DNA from: Promethearchaeota archaeon
Lineage (GTDB): Archaea > Asgardarchaeota > Lokiarchaeia > Sigyniarchaeales > SOKP01
Direction: 5' to 3'
Assembly: GCA_048940445.1 (NCBI GenBank)
Contig: JBHLON010000019.1
Span: 1 to 64,000, forward strand
DNA: 64,000 bases
Part shown: positions 30,766 to 41,070 of the stretch, one piece after another
Layout of the letters: each line of letters starts with the position of its first letter
Position numbering within the stretch: position 1 is the stretch's first letter
Notes under the pieces: model-generated
What the model saw: only the letters and a program-made list of their open reading frames with translations
The model's database searches: none
What the model was told of the DNA's origin: nothing
Made by a program: the position numbers and the translations under genes

Positions 30766-30806
30766 AATAACCAACAAATAAAAAATTATAAAATTAGTGT
30801 GATAAT

Positions 30807-33698
30807 ATGTATAATGCTCTAGAAATTGAGAAAAAATGGCAAAACAAATGGGAAAGTGCAAAGATTTTTGAAGCAGAACCAGATAGCTCTAAAGCTAAAA
30901 TCTTTATTACTTCACCCTATCCGTATGCTTCAGGAACTCTTCATATCGGGCATGGTAGAAGTTTTGTTAATGGTGATATATTTGCACGCTATTACCGTGC
31001 TAAGGGATATAATGTTTTATACCCTATGGCATTTCATATAACAGGAACTCCAGTTTTAGCAATCTCTTCATCAATTAAGAGGAAAGACAAAAAAATTATA
31101 GCTAGAATGAAGGAATATGTTTCTTTACACACAGAGGATCCTAAAAAAGTAAGAGAAATAGTTGACAATTTTACTGATCCTTGGAATATTGTAAACTATT
31201 TTTCTAATACTATGAAATTAGATTTTAAATCAATTGGAATGAGTATAGATTGGAGGAGAGAATTTACAACTGGCGATAAAATTTATAATAAACTGATTGA
31301 ATGGCAGTTTTCTAAATTAGCAGAAAAGAATTATCTAGAAAAAGGAGAATATCCAATACTTTATTGTCCAAGATGTATGAATGCTGTAGGTGAAGACGAT
31401 ATAGCTAGTGGCGATGAATTAAACCTTGATATTAACGAATTCATATGCATAAAGTTTCCCTTCGAGGATGGATACTTAGTTCCCGCTACATTAAGACCAG
31501 AAACGATATATGGAGTAACAAATCTATGGATCAATCCCATTGGAGATTATGTAAAGGCGGATGTAGATGGGGAAATTTGGTTCATCTCAAAAGATGCAAC
31601 TAAAAAGTTAGAACATCAAAATAAAACGGTTAAAGTCCTTGAAACTTTTATAGGTGAAAAACTGATTGGAAAGAAAGTTAAAAACCTTGATAATTCTAAA
31701 GATTTGCCTATTTTACCTGGATATTTTGTTGATACCGACGCTGCAACTGGAGTGGTCTATTCGGTACCCGCTCATGCACCTTTTGATTATATAGCTTTAC
31801 TTGATTTACAAAAAAGTACTGAGTTGTTAGAGAAATTTAATTTAGATAAGAAAGAAATTCAAGATATTAAACCAATTCAAATCATAGAACTAAATGATTT
31901 CCAGGATTACCCTGCTAAAGTTTATTGTAAAAAATTTGAGGTCAAATCTCAGGCTGATAAGGAGAAATTAGATAAAGCCACCGCAGAGAACTATAAGGTC
32001 GAGTTCTACAATGGAATTTTAAATAAAATTTGTGGTCAATATGTAAATAAACCTGTAAGTGAAGCTGTTAATCTTGTAATTGAAGAACTTTTAACGAATA
32101 ACCAAGCAGATAAGATTTACATTCCTGTTACCAAGAGTCTCAAATGTAGGTGTGGGGAGAAAATAATAGTTACTATTCTTAAAGATCAGTGGTTTTTGAA
32201 TTTCGATGCTGGTGATTGGAAGGAAAATGCCTTTGATTGTTTAAGTGATATGATAATAGTTCCAAAAAAATATCGAATGAATTTTGAGAATGTATTTCAT
32301 TGGTTGAAAAAAAGACCTTGTGCTAGAAAACGAGGGTTAGGTACAAAATTACCTTTTGATAAGGATTGGATTATTGAATCCTTAAGTGATTCAACAATAT
32401 ATATGAGTTTCTACACAATAGTACACCATATCAAACTTAATGGAATAAAACCAAATCAATTAATTCCCGAATTCTTCGATTTTGTATATTTAAAAAAAGG
32501 ATCCATAAACACTATTGTAAAAAAGACGAGTATTGATGAAAAATTATTAAAGAAGATGCAAGAAGAGTTTCAGTATTGGTATCCAGTTGATCATCGGCAC
32601 ACAGCAATAATGCACATTTCAAATCATTTGAGTTTTTACATATTCCATCATGTTGCCATATTTCCTAGACATTATTGGCCAAAAGTTATCACTTTAATTG
32701 AACCTGTATTAATTGAGGGCCAAAAGATGGGAAAATCTAAAGGAAACATAATTTCTCTTGGAGATATAAAGACTAAATACTCCGCAGATTTGTTTAGATT
32801 TTATATTTCACATACAGCTGATTTAGGAATTAATATGGACTGGAGAGAGAAAGAAATTCAAGCAGTTAGAAATCATATTGCTAGATTTTATGAATTCATG
32901 CATCTACATATTGAAAATGTAAAAAATTTTGATTATCATTACAAAGATATTCAATCAAAATATGCATGTGTAATTTTATCAAAAATCTCTCAGAATTTTT
33001 TAGATGCTGATGATGCTTTGAAAAACTTCAATTTACGGAAATATCTTCAGCTATCTTTCTATGAGGCATTTAATTTAATACAAGATCTACAAAAACATGT
33101 TGAGGATTATAATGATTTTGAAATTGTATTTAGCATAATTTATAGAGAGTGGCTTAAAATTATATCTTTAACTATGCCTCACCTGTCTGAAGAGTTATGG
33201 GAAATTTCAGGAAGTCAGGGATTTGTTTCAAAATCAGTTTGGGGTCAATTAGATAGTAGATTTATTGATAAAGAACTTGAGATTGAATTTAATTATGTTT
33301 CAAACCTTATTGATGATATCTTAAATATAAAAAAATTAGTTAAAGCTCGAAATACAGAAATTATTTATATCTACACTGCTATTGATTGGAAATATAGTGT
33401 GAACAATCTAATTATAAATAAAAAAGGTGACTTTAACGCTGTTATTACTGAATTGAAAAAAGAACCTGATTTGATGAAGATTAAAGAATTAATTCCATTT
33501 ATCAAACATCAAATAAGTAAACGTAGTTGGAATACTTCTATTCCTAAGTTACATGAAAAACAACTATTAAATGAGTATAAAGGTTATATTGAAAATAGGA
33601 CAAATTCAAAAATCATTATAGATTCTGATATTGATCCTCAAAATAAGGTAAGTAAAGCCATCCCCTTTAAACCAGCAATATATATTGATATCAATTGA
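30807..33698 (+). CDS. leuS: Leucyl-tRNA synthetase (archaeal/eukaryotic type)
   Basis: PYASGTLHIGH, ATLRPET, TGVVYSVPAHAPFD editing motif, ESLSDSTIY, KMGKS. Confidence 0.97.
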   Translation: MYNALEIEKKWQNKWESAKIFEAEPDSSKAKIFITSPYPYASGTLHIGHGRSFVNGDIFARYYRAKGYNVLYPMAFHITGTPVLAISSSIKRKDKKIIARMKEYVSLHTEDPKKVREIVDNFTDPWNIVNYFSNTMKLDFKSIGMSIDWRREFTTGDKIYNKLIEWQFSKLAEKNYLEKGEYPILYCPRCMNAVGEDDIASGDELNLDINEFICIKFPFEDGYLVPATLRPETIYGVTNLWINPIGDYVKADVDGEIWFISKDATKKLEHQNKTVKVLETFIGEKLIGKKVKNLDNSKDLPILPGYFVDTDAATGVVYSVPAHAPFDYIALLDLQKSTELLEKFNLDKKEIQDIKPIQIIELNDFQDYPAKVYCKKFEVKSQADKEKLDKATAENYKVEFYNGILNKICGQYVNKPVSEAVNLVIEELLTNNQADKIYIPVTKSLKCRCGEKIIVTILKDQWFLNFDAGDWKENAFDCLSDMIIVPKKYRMNFENVFHWLKKRPCARKRGLGTKLPFDKDWIIESLSDSTIYMSFYTIVHHIKLNGIKPNQLIPEFFDFVYLKKGSINTIVKKTSIDEKLLKKMQEEFQYWYPVDHRHTAIMHISNHLSFYIFHHVAIFPRHYWPKVITLIEPVLIEGQKMGKSKGNIISLGDIKTKYSADLFRFYISHTADLGINMDWREKEIQAVRNHIARFYEFMHLHIENVKNFDYHYKDIQSKYACVILSKISQNFLDADDALKNFNLRKYLQLSFYEAFNLIQDLQKHVEDYNDFEIVFSIIYREWLKIISLTMPHLSEELWEISGSQGFVSKSVWGQLDSRFIDKELEIEFNYVSNLIDDILNIKKLVKARNTEIIYIYTAIDWKYSVNNLIINKKGDFNAVITELKKEPDLMKIKELIPFIKHQISKRSWNTSIPKLHEKQLLNEYKGYIENRTNSKIIIDSDIDPQNKVSKAIPFKPAIYIDIN

Positions 33699-33717
33699 AG
33701 AAAAATTAACATTAGTA

Positions 33718-36321
33718 TTATTGAATCATTGGTAATGAAAAGTAGAATGTTGAACCTTTTTTACGGCCTTCAGATTCTACCCATATTTTTCCATCGTGTA
33801 ATTCAATTATTTTTTTTGAAATATATAGTCCTAATCCCGAACCTTCAATATCTAAATCCCATCCTTGACCATATCGTTCAATCTTTCCAAACTGTGTGAA
33901 TATCCTCTGCTTCTCTTCTTCAGTAAATCCAATACCCTCATCTCTAATAGCTATTATAATATAATTGTCTTTTATTTCAGATAAAATCTCAATCTTTCCA
34001 TAAGGGGGAGTATATTTTATAGCATTGCTTAGAAGATTCCCTATTACTTGATGAATCTGTTCCTGTTCAAAATAAGTCATAAGATTATCATCAATATTCA
34101 ATCTTATTTCTTGATTCCTTAGTTGTGCTAAGCCTCTTAATTCCTTTACTGATAATTTTATCAAAAAGGATAGATCATCTTGAGTCTTTTTTAATTCAAT
34201 CTTACCAGATTCTAATTGTGCTGTTCTTAAAATATCTCCAATTAAATTTTCCAATCGTATGCACCCATTTCTAATTTGCTTAACAGTCTCTAAAATGTAA
34301 TCATCAAGTTTATCTTTGTGAAGGCTTAATAGAAGATCTGTATATCCTTTGATAGAAACTAAGGGAGTTTTCAATTCATGAGATGTTCTTCTCAGTAATT
34401 CTGATTTCAAATTATTCAATTTAATTAATTCTTGTTCAGCATCCTTTTTTTCTGTTGTATCCATAATTGTAACCAGTTCTGCTGGTTTTCCCTCATAGAT
34501 AATAGGCTTAGAAAATTGGTCTATCCATCTCAATTTGCCTGATTTTGTGAATACTCTGTATGAATAGTATGGCTTAATTTCAAATTCATTTTCTCGTAAT
34601 TTTTGGCGATATTCTCTTAGATATTGTAAATCATCTTGATGAATTAAATTAATTAGATCCTGTTTATTGAAATTTAAAACCTCCTCCTGATCAAATTCAA
34701 ATATATTAAGCAAAGCTTTATTCACATATGAAACTTTATCATCTTGAACGATTAAAATGCCCATAAATGTTTGTTCTGCTATAGTTCTGAATTTTCCTTC
34801 AGACTCAATTAAAGCCTCTTCTGCTTTCTTTCGTGCAGTTATATCTTCAGCGACAGAAATAAGATAATTAGGTTCCCCGTTTTGTTTAAATAATATTGCT
34901 AAATATAAATTAACCCATACAATTGATTCATCTTTCTTAATATATCGTTTTTCTATTGATAATGTTCTTAGTTCACCAGATAACATTCTCTTTAAAAATT
35001 CTATATCTTCTTGAAGATCATTTGGATGGGTAATTTCTTGAAAGTTTTTAGTTACTAGTTCTTCTTTAGTATAACCGACTATATCGCAGAAACGTTGATT
35101 CACATTTAGAAATTCTCCAATTGTTGAAAGTTGAGCAATTCCTACGGCAGCTTGTTCAAAAATAGATCGAAACTTTTCTTCGCTCTCTATGACTTTCTGT
35201 TCTGAAACTTTACGCTCAGTGATATCTCTTACCACAGCGTAAATTCGATCTTCACTATCAATATTAAAAAGTCTACCTGATACTGATACATAAACATACT
35301 CACCTCTTTTATTTAAAACCCTCAATTCAATGTAAATGCGTTTTTTTTTTAATAAAGTATATCTAAGAATCTCACGAGCAGGTTTAATATCTTCAGGATG
35401 AATAAACTCGAAACCGTTTCTACCAATAACTTCTTCTGGTGAATATTCTAAAATGTCCCTTACTTGGGGACTTACATATAAAAAGATACCATTTAAGTCA
35501 AAAATAGTAATTATCTCTGTGAGATTATTAATTAAATTACGATACTTTTCTTCAGATTCTTTTAGTTTGTGTTCAGTTTTCTTTAAATCTGTAATGTCAA
35601 TATTTACTCCTAATATCCCAATCACTTGATTTTTCTGCTTAATTGGGGAAATAATATTATACAAGAAACGTTCTTGACCTTTTATATCAAACCATACTTC
35701 ACCTTCTACAGTCTCTCCAGAAAATGCTTTTATATTATTACCTTTCCAAATTCTGCGAATTCTTTCATCTGTTGCTACATTTTCCGGAAATTCTCCTATA
35801 ACGTCTCCCCAATTTTCACGACAGACAGAATTTTGCATAATATATCGACCATCTTTACCAATAGCAAAAAAATCAAAAGGTAGACTCTCAATAGCGGTTC
35901 GAAATTTAGCCTCAGATTCCTTCAACTCTTTTTCCATCTTAACTCTTTCAGTAATATCATTTCCAATGACGCCTATTCCGTCTGCTACTTTGAATGCTGT
36001 GATATTATAATATCTTTCTTCTAAATGAGCAGGTGCTCTAATGTTTTTAAAACACTTAGGTGTACCAGTCTTGATAATTTCTAAATAATCATCATATCTT
36101 CCTGTTTCTTTAAAACCAGGAAACATCTCAGTCATGTTTTTTCCAATTACCTTATCTCTAGATATGTTTAAATGTTCCAGAGCTGTTTTATTAATTTCAA
36201 CTAAATTAAGCTTTGAATCCCAAATAGTTATACTATCTGTTGCTGATTGTATAAATTCATTTAATACTTTTTTAGATTCTTCTAATTTTTGTTTTAATAA
36301 TTTACGTTTAGTGCGGCTCAT
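33718..36321 (-). CDS. Multi-PAS sensor histidine kinase
   Basis: Five PAS/PAC units; SHELKTPL H-box, NLLSNAIKY, DEGIG, GSGLGL. Confidence 0.95.
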   Translation of the reverse strand: MSRTKRKLLKQKLEESKKVLNEFIQSATDSITIWDSKLNLVEINKTALEHLNISRDKVIGKNMTEMFPGFKETGRYDDYLEIIKTGTPKCFKNIRAPAHLEERYYNITAFKVADGIGVIGNDITERVKMEKELKESEAKFRTAIESLPFDFFAIGKDGRYIMQNSVCRENWGDVIGEFPENVATDERIRRIWKGNNIKAFSGETVEGEVWFDIKGQERFLYNIISPIKQKNQVIGILGVNIDITDLKKTEHKLKESEEKYRNLINNLTEIITIFDLNGIFLYVSPQVRDILEYSPEEVIGRNGFEFIHPEDIKPAREILRYTLLKKKRIYIELRVLNKRGEYVYVSVSGRLFNIDSEDRIYAVVRDITERKVSEQKVIESEEKFRSIFEQAAVGIAQLSTIGEFLNVNQRFCDIVGYTKEELVTKNFQEITHPNDLQEDIEFLKRMLSGELRTLSIEKRYIKKDESIVWVNLYLAILFKQNGEPNYLISVAEDITARKKAEEALIESEGKFRTIAEQTFMGILIVQDDKVSYVNKALLNIFEFDQEEVLNFNKQDLINLIHQDDLQYLREYRQKLRENEFEIKPYYSYRVFTKSGKLRWIDQFSKPIIYEGKPAELVTIMDTTEKKDAEQELIKLNNLKSELLRRTSHELKTPLVSIKGYTDLLLSLHKDKLDDYILETVKQIRNGCIRLENLIGDILRTAQLESGKIELKKTQDDLSFLIKLSVKELRGLAQLRNQEIRLNIDDNLMTYFEQEQIHQVIGNLLSNAIKYTPPYGKIEILSEIKDNYIIIAIRDEGIGFTEEEKQRIFTQFGKIERYGQGWDLDIEGSGLGLYISKKIIELHDGKIWVESEGRKKGSTFYFSLPMIQ

Positions 36322-36424
36322 ATTAATCTTAATTTATTAAATTTAGAGATATATTATAATTATCAAAATTTCAATTTTAATACTTTAATATTTAGATAAA
36401 ATTAAAATTAAAAATAGTTTTAAA

Positions 36425-37333
36425 TCACATTCCATAAACTTGTCTTGGTCCTAAATATTCGGGGTAATTATCTATTAATGCTTTTCTGGCTAAGAAACAT
36501 AAATGACATTCATCAACATAGGTATTCTCATGTGGGATATTAAATTTCTTTACTAATTCAGCAGGTCCACCTTGGATTAATGGACCAATAATAGGATGTG
36601 AACTAGGATGATAGTTTTTGATTAAATCAGAAAGATTCTTTGCCCAGAAATTTCCTATACTCAATCCCTGGCAAATCTGGGCGTTTCCAAATGAGTCAAC
36701 ATGAATTCTTCCAAGGCCCTCTAAATCTTCATATGGACATTTATTCAAATCTTGCCAGAATCTCTTCGGCAAATCAATAGTTAATTTTTCGATAGCTCTT
36801 CCTCGAAACATTGCTCCCCCTCCGATCACAGGACTTCCCTTTTTATGCTCTTTATCAATTCCATATTCCACTGTAGGTTCATCAATACTTATAGAACCTA
36901 CTGGTAGACCTAATGTATTAGCGGATTTTCTTGCAATTTTAGAAAGATTTTCTTCTTGATTACTATAATGAAAATTATCATCACTTACCGTAAAATCTTT
37001 TATTCCGCATTCAGCAATAGGATTTAACCAGATTTCTGCATCTCTTTGGCAAGTAGCCCAATATGAATTTGTCACTATGCCCACTTTATAACCTTTTTCT
37101 TTCGCTTTTTTAATCCCTTCAATCATAAGGGGATAATAAAGAAAAGGTTCCCCTCCCTCAAAATAAATCCACTCTATTGAATCAATTTTATCAGCCTCAT
37201 CGAGTATCTGCTCAATTTGGTCCATTGTGAAGGTACCCTTAGAATTTGGACTACAGTAGAGAAAACAATGGTCACATTCGTAGTTGCACGTATAAGTTAA
37301 CAAAAAATGGATTCCTTTCAGCATATTATCCAT
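36425..37333 (-). CDS. Radical SAM protein
   Basis: CNYECDHC, EGGEPF, VTN. Confidence 0.9.
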   Translation of the reverse strand: MDNMLKGIHFLLTYTCNYECDHCFLYCSPNSKGTFTMDQIEQILDEADKIDSIEWIYFEGGEPFLYYPLMIEGIKKAKEKGYKVGIVTNSYWATCQRDAEIWLNPIAECGIKDFTVSDDNFHYSNQEENLSKIARKSANTLGLPVGSISIDEPTVEYGIDKEHKKGSPVIGGGAMFRGRAIEKLTIDLPKRFWQDLNKCPYEDLEGLGRIHVDSFGNAQICQGLSIGNFWAKNLSDLIKNYHPSSHPIIGPLIQGGPAELVKKFNIPHENTYVDECHLCFLARKALIDNYPEYLGPRQVYGM

Positions 37334-37638
37334 CTATTTCTTTATAAGGTGATACCAAAAAAATAATTCTATATAAAGAGATTATTCTAAAGTATAAATT
37401 ATTTTCTTACGATAAATAATATAATTTCTTTTCCACTAGCTAAAACTATTATAATGTTTATTATGATCTTGAAGGGAAAGTCTTGCCTAAGCAATGGATT
37501 CTTTAAAAAAATCTTTTCAATTGATTGACTTCAAAATTTTATACAATTTTGAAATTATGAGTATATATTCATTCTCTAAAAACGTTAATTAATAAAAAAT
37601 CATTCAGTTTCATAAAATTACATTAAAATTGAACAATA

Positions 37639-38985
37639 ATGACAGAACCTATAAATTTATATGAGAAATATTTTAAAGATCCAAAAAGGGAGCCGGTATT
37701 AATTGATTATGTGAGAACCCCAGTCGGAAAAAGGAATGGAACAGTGGGGCTCCATAGAGGTGATGATTTAGTTGTACATTGTTATCAAACTATTATTGAA
37801 AGAAATGATTTCGATCCGAAAATTATTGGGGATTCTATCGTCTCATGTAATAGCCAAATTGGAGATTGTGCTTTGGATATTGGGAGAACTACTGCATTAG
37901 CAGCTCATTTACCCATTAACGTTCCTGGTTTTTCTATAAATCGTCAATGTGCAAGTGGTGCTCAATCGATAATGTCTGCTTGGCAAGCTATTGCATCTGG
38001 GATTAATGATTGTGTCATATGTGGTGGCGTTGAAGTACAAAATCGCTATCCTATCATGTCTGATGCTAATATTTTCGATGAAAAGCAAGGAAAGCAGGTT
38101 ATGATTGCTCCAAATGGAAAAATTTTAACACATCCATACGTCTCTCAAAAATTAAAAGAACATAAAACCTCATTTGCTGGGCAAATTAACTCTGCTCATG
38201 TTATGGGTCAAGTTTGGATGAAAAAATCAGGATTAAGTTTAGACGATTTTAGATATGAAATGGATAGTCTATCATTACACTCGCATAAAAAGGCATGTTC
38301 TACTTGGGATGAGAGAGGAAAAGAAATAGAGCCGATCTGGTGCCCTAAGCTTGATGAAAATGGAAAACCAACCTTAGATGAAAAAAATCAGGTAGCAAAA
38401 GATTCGAATCTTTCTGTATTAACTAAAAATGATGAGACTCCCAGACCAGGGACTTCAATGGAAAAATTAGCAAGCCTAAGAACGATTACTGGTAGGAAAA
38501 GTCAAGCCTTTCTTACGGCAGGTAACAGCTGTCCTACTAGTGATGGAGCAGCAGCTCAGTTATGGATGACTAGAAGTCTAGCTGAAGAATTAGGGTTAAA
38601 ACCAAGAGCTACAATTGTAAATTATATTGCAATCGGAACTGATCCAGTATTAATGCTCACAGGTCCAATAGATGCCATTCCTGAAGTTTTAAAAAGAGCT
38701 AATATGACATTAGATGATATGGATTTCATTGAAATTAATGAAGCTTTTAGCCCTGTTGTTTATGCTTCTTGTTATGAACTTGACTTAGATTGGAAAGACG
38801 AGAGATTTAATCCATGGGGAGGCGCTATCGCATTAGGTCATCCAACAGGTGCAACTGGCTGCAGGTTAATTGGTACTAATCTCCAACAATTGGAAAGATC
38901 AGAAAAAGAATTTGCTATTTCTTCGATGTGTGTAGGATTAGGAATGGGAGCTGCAACTATCATCAGAAATGAGAATCCAAAATAA
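37639..38985 (+). CDS. Thiolase (acetyl-CoA C-acyltransferase)
   Basis: NRQCASG, NEAF, GHPTGATG, MCVGLGMG. Confidence 0.95.
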   Translation: MTEPINLYEKYFKDPKREPVLIDYVRTPVGKRNGTVGLHRGDDLVVHCYQTIIERNDFDPKIIGDSIVSCNSQIGDCALDIGRTTALAAHLPINVPGFSINRQCASGAQSIMSAWQAIASGINDCVICGGVEVQNRYPIMSDANIFDEKQGKQVMIAPNGKILTHPYVSQKLKEHKTSFAGQINSAHVMGQVWMKKSGLSLDDFRYEMDSLSLHSHKKACSTWDERGKEIEPIWCPKLDENGKPTLDEKNQVAKDSNLSVLTKNDETPRPGTSMEKLASLRTITGRKSQAFLTAGNSCPTSDGAAAQLWMTRSLAEELGLKPRATIVNYIAIGTDPVLMLTGPIDAIPEVLKRANMTLDDMDFIEINEAFSPVVYASCYELDLDWKDERFNPWGGAIALGHPTGATGCRLIGTNLQQLERSEKEFAISSMCVGLGMGAATIIRNENPK

Positions 38986-39138
38986 AGCACAAATTCTTTT
39001 TTTTAAACTCTTATTTAAACTCAAGACACTTACTTATTAAACCCTCTAAAGAAAAAAAGAAAAAAATATTAAGGAATAAGCAAATAGTTACATTTAGGTT
39101 ATAAATTATTCATTACCAAATAATTCGGATTTTAAATA

Positions 39139-39612
39139 ATGACTGAAAACAATTTCGAAAAAGAGGATTGTAAGATCATTAACTTTAATGAAGTTTTCCA
39201 TCTAATAAATCTGATAAATAAAAAATATGAGAAGTTGCAACGCAAAATAATTCAAGACGAAAATTTAACACCCGCCCAATATTCTATCTTGCAGCAACTA
39301 TGGGAATCTGACAGTAAGCCTTTTAAGGATTTAGCCTCTGAATGTTGTTGTTCACAATCTACTATAACAGGTATTGTAGATACAATGGAAAAGAATAAAT
39401 TAGTCAACCGTAAAGCAAATCCAAAAGATAGACGAAGTATATTAGTTGTTCTTACAAATAAAGGGAAAAATATAGAGAATGAAACGCCTCCAATCGAAAC
39501 TATATTAAAAAGTTGTTGTGGTGGCTTAAAAGTTGAGGAAATTGAACATCTTATCATTTTGCTTAAAAAATTATCTTCTTCTTTCGATCCTAATGAAGTA
39601 GGGGAATGCTAA
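39139..39612 (+). CDS. MarR-family regulator, Cys-rich
   Basis: LTPAQY.IL, STITGIVD.ME, DRRS..V.LT.KG; also ECCC, SCCG and a terminal Cys. Confidence 0.9.
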   Translation: MTENNFEKEDCKIINFNEVFHLINLINKKYEKLQRKIIQDENLTPAQYSILQQLWESDSKPFKDLASECCCSQSTITGIVDTMEKNKLVNRKANPKDRRSILVVLTNKGKNIENETPPIETILKSCCGGLKVEEIEHLIILLKKLSSSFDPNEVGEC

Positions 39613-39661
39613 TTCTCCATTTTTTCATTTTTAAAAATAATATAATGTGATTTTTGGATCA

Positions 39662-39693
39662 TTCGGGACCGAAATGTTCGGAACCTTTATATA
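39662..39693 (+). promoter_or_regulatory. Palindromic operator plus TATA box upstream of arsM
   Basis: TTCGG-GA-CCGAA then TTCGGAACC-TTTATATA; repeated at 40694. Confidence 0.7.
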
Positions 39694-39768
39694 TGGATAT
39701 TAACTATAAATATATAAAGAAAAATTAGAAAAAAATGACATTAAAATTAAAGAGAAGTGGTTTATTAA

Positions 39769-40608
39769 ATGGAAGATCATGAAATAAAAAAAATAGTTAG
39801 AGAGAGATATGGTAATGTAGCAAGAACTTCAAACTGTTGTGGTTCTTCTTCTACTAATGATGCAAAAGTTAAAGAGTCCTCAGATCGGTCATCTTGTTGT
39901 GGTACAACTGAAATAGGATATAAAGTAGAGGAACTTAAAAATATTCCTGAAGGTTCAGACTTAGGATTAGGTTGTGGAAATCCTACTGCTTCAGCAAATT
40001 TAACAGAAGGTGAAGTTGTCCTTGATCTTGGTTCTGGAGCAGGAATTGATTGTTTCTTGGCTGCAAATAAAGTTGGAGTTGAAGGAAGAGTTATTGGTGT
40101 AGATATGACTCCTGATATGATTGATAAAGCACGAGGAAATGCTCTAAAAGGAGGTTACAATAATGTTGAATTTAGACTTGGAGAAATTGAAAATTTGCCA
40201 GCAGCAAATAATGAAATAGATGTTATTATCTCAAATTGCGTAATTAACTTATCTACTGATAAAGATAAGGTCTTTAAAGAAGCATTTCGAGTTTTGAAGC
40301 CAAATGGAAGAATTATTGTTTCAGATATTGTTTTAAGAAAAGAGTTACCTGATTATATTAGGAATAATCCTGATGCAATTGCTGGATGCGTTGCTGGAGC
40401 AATTTTGAGAGAAAAATATTTAGAAAAAATTAGGAATGCGGGATTTAGAAATATTCAAGTTATTGAACAGACTACTTATTCAGAAGCAAATTTAAAAGAA
40501 GAAGAAATAGAAGTTCGTGGAGAACATAGCTTTACATTGGAAGATATGGAAAAAATCTTGCCAGCACTTCAAAGTATAAAGGTTAAAGCGGTAAAAGATT
40601 ATAAATAA
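39769..40608 (+). CDS. arsM: Arsenite S-adenosylmethionine methyltransferase
   Basis: LGLGCGNP, LDLGSGAGIDC, ISNCVINL, GCVAGA and N-terminal CC pairs. Confidence 0.92.
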   Translation: MEDHEIKKIVRERYGNVARTSNCCGSSSTNDAKVKESSDRSSCCGTTEIGYKVEELKNIPEGSDLGLGCGNPTASANLTEGEVVLDLGSGAGIDCFLAANKVGVEGRVIGVDMTPDMIDKARGNALKGGYNNVEFRLGEIENLPAANNEIDVIISNCVINLSTDKDKVFKEAFRVLKPNGRIIVSDIVLRKELPDYIRNNPDAIAGCVAGAILREKYLEKIRNAGFRNIQVIEQTTYSEANLKEEEIEVRGEHSFTLEDMEKILPALQSIKVKAVKDYK

Positions 40609-40693
40609 TTCTAATTTTTAGTATTTTTTAATTGTTAAAAATATGGCTTAAATTTAGTAAGGCGTCTCAGGTACTATCATATTGAGATAATTG

Positions 40694-40725
40694 TTCGGGA
40701 TCGAAACATCCGGAACCTTTATATA
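40694..40725 (+). promoter_or_regulatory. Second copy of the operator plus TATA box
   Basis: TTCGGGATCGAAACATCCGGAACCTTTATATA. Confidence 0.7.
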
Positions 40726-40812
40726 CGGAAGTTAATTATTATTATTCAAACAAAATTAATTTTTAAAAAACCCAAAAAGACTTTTAATAACCAAAAAGAA
40801 GTGATCTATTAT

Positions 40813-40947
40813 ATGGAAGACTATAAAACAAAAAAAATAGTTGAAGAAAAACAAAGTGAAATAGTAAAATCTTCGAGTTGCTGTGGTTCTTCTTCTAGTA
40901 TAGAAAAAGAAACCAAAGAATCAGATAACAAATCTTGTTGTGGCTAA
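40813..40947 (+). CDS. 44-aa ArsM-N-terminus-like mini-protein with two CC pairs
   Basis: MEDYKTKKIVEEKQSEIVKSSSCCGSSSSIEKETKESDNKSCCG*; has its own promoter copy and tandem TAA TAA stops. Confidence 0.7.
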   Translation: MEDYKTKKIVEEKQSEIVKSSSCCGSSSSIEKETKESDNKSCCG

Positions 40948-41070
40948 TAATTCTCTATAAGGATTATAATTTGGTAATAACAAGATTTCATTAACTTCAA
41001 AATATAAAGTTTAATGTAATAAAAATATCAGAATTTTTTTTTCTCTTTTTATTGAAATTAATAGAAATTA

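Noticed and set aside
30600-30800. T-box riboswitch upstream of leuS
   Set aside because: No recognisable T-box UGGNACC motif or Stem I; a leader-peptide model fits better
37469-37506. Imperfect hairpin upstream of the thiolase
   Set aside because: Rich in G-U pairs and single-copy; cannot be distinguished from chance
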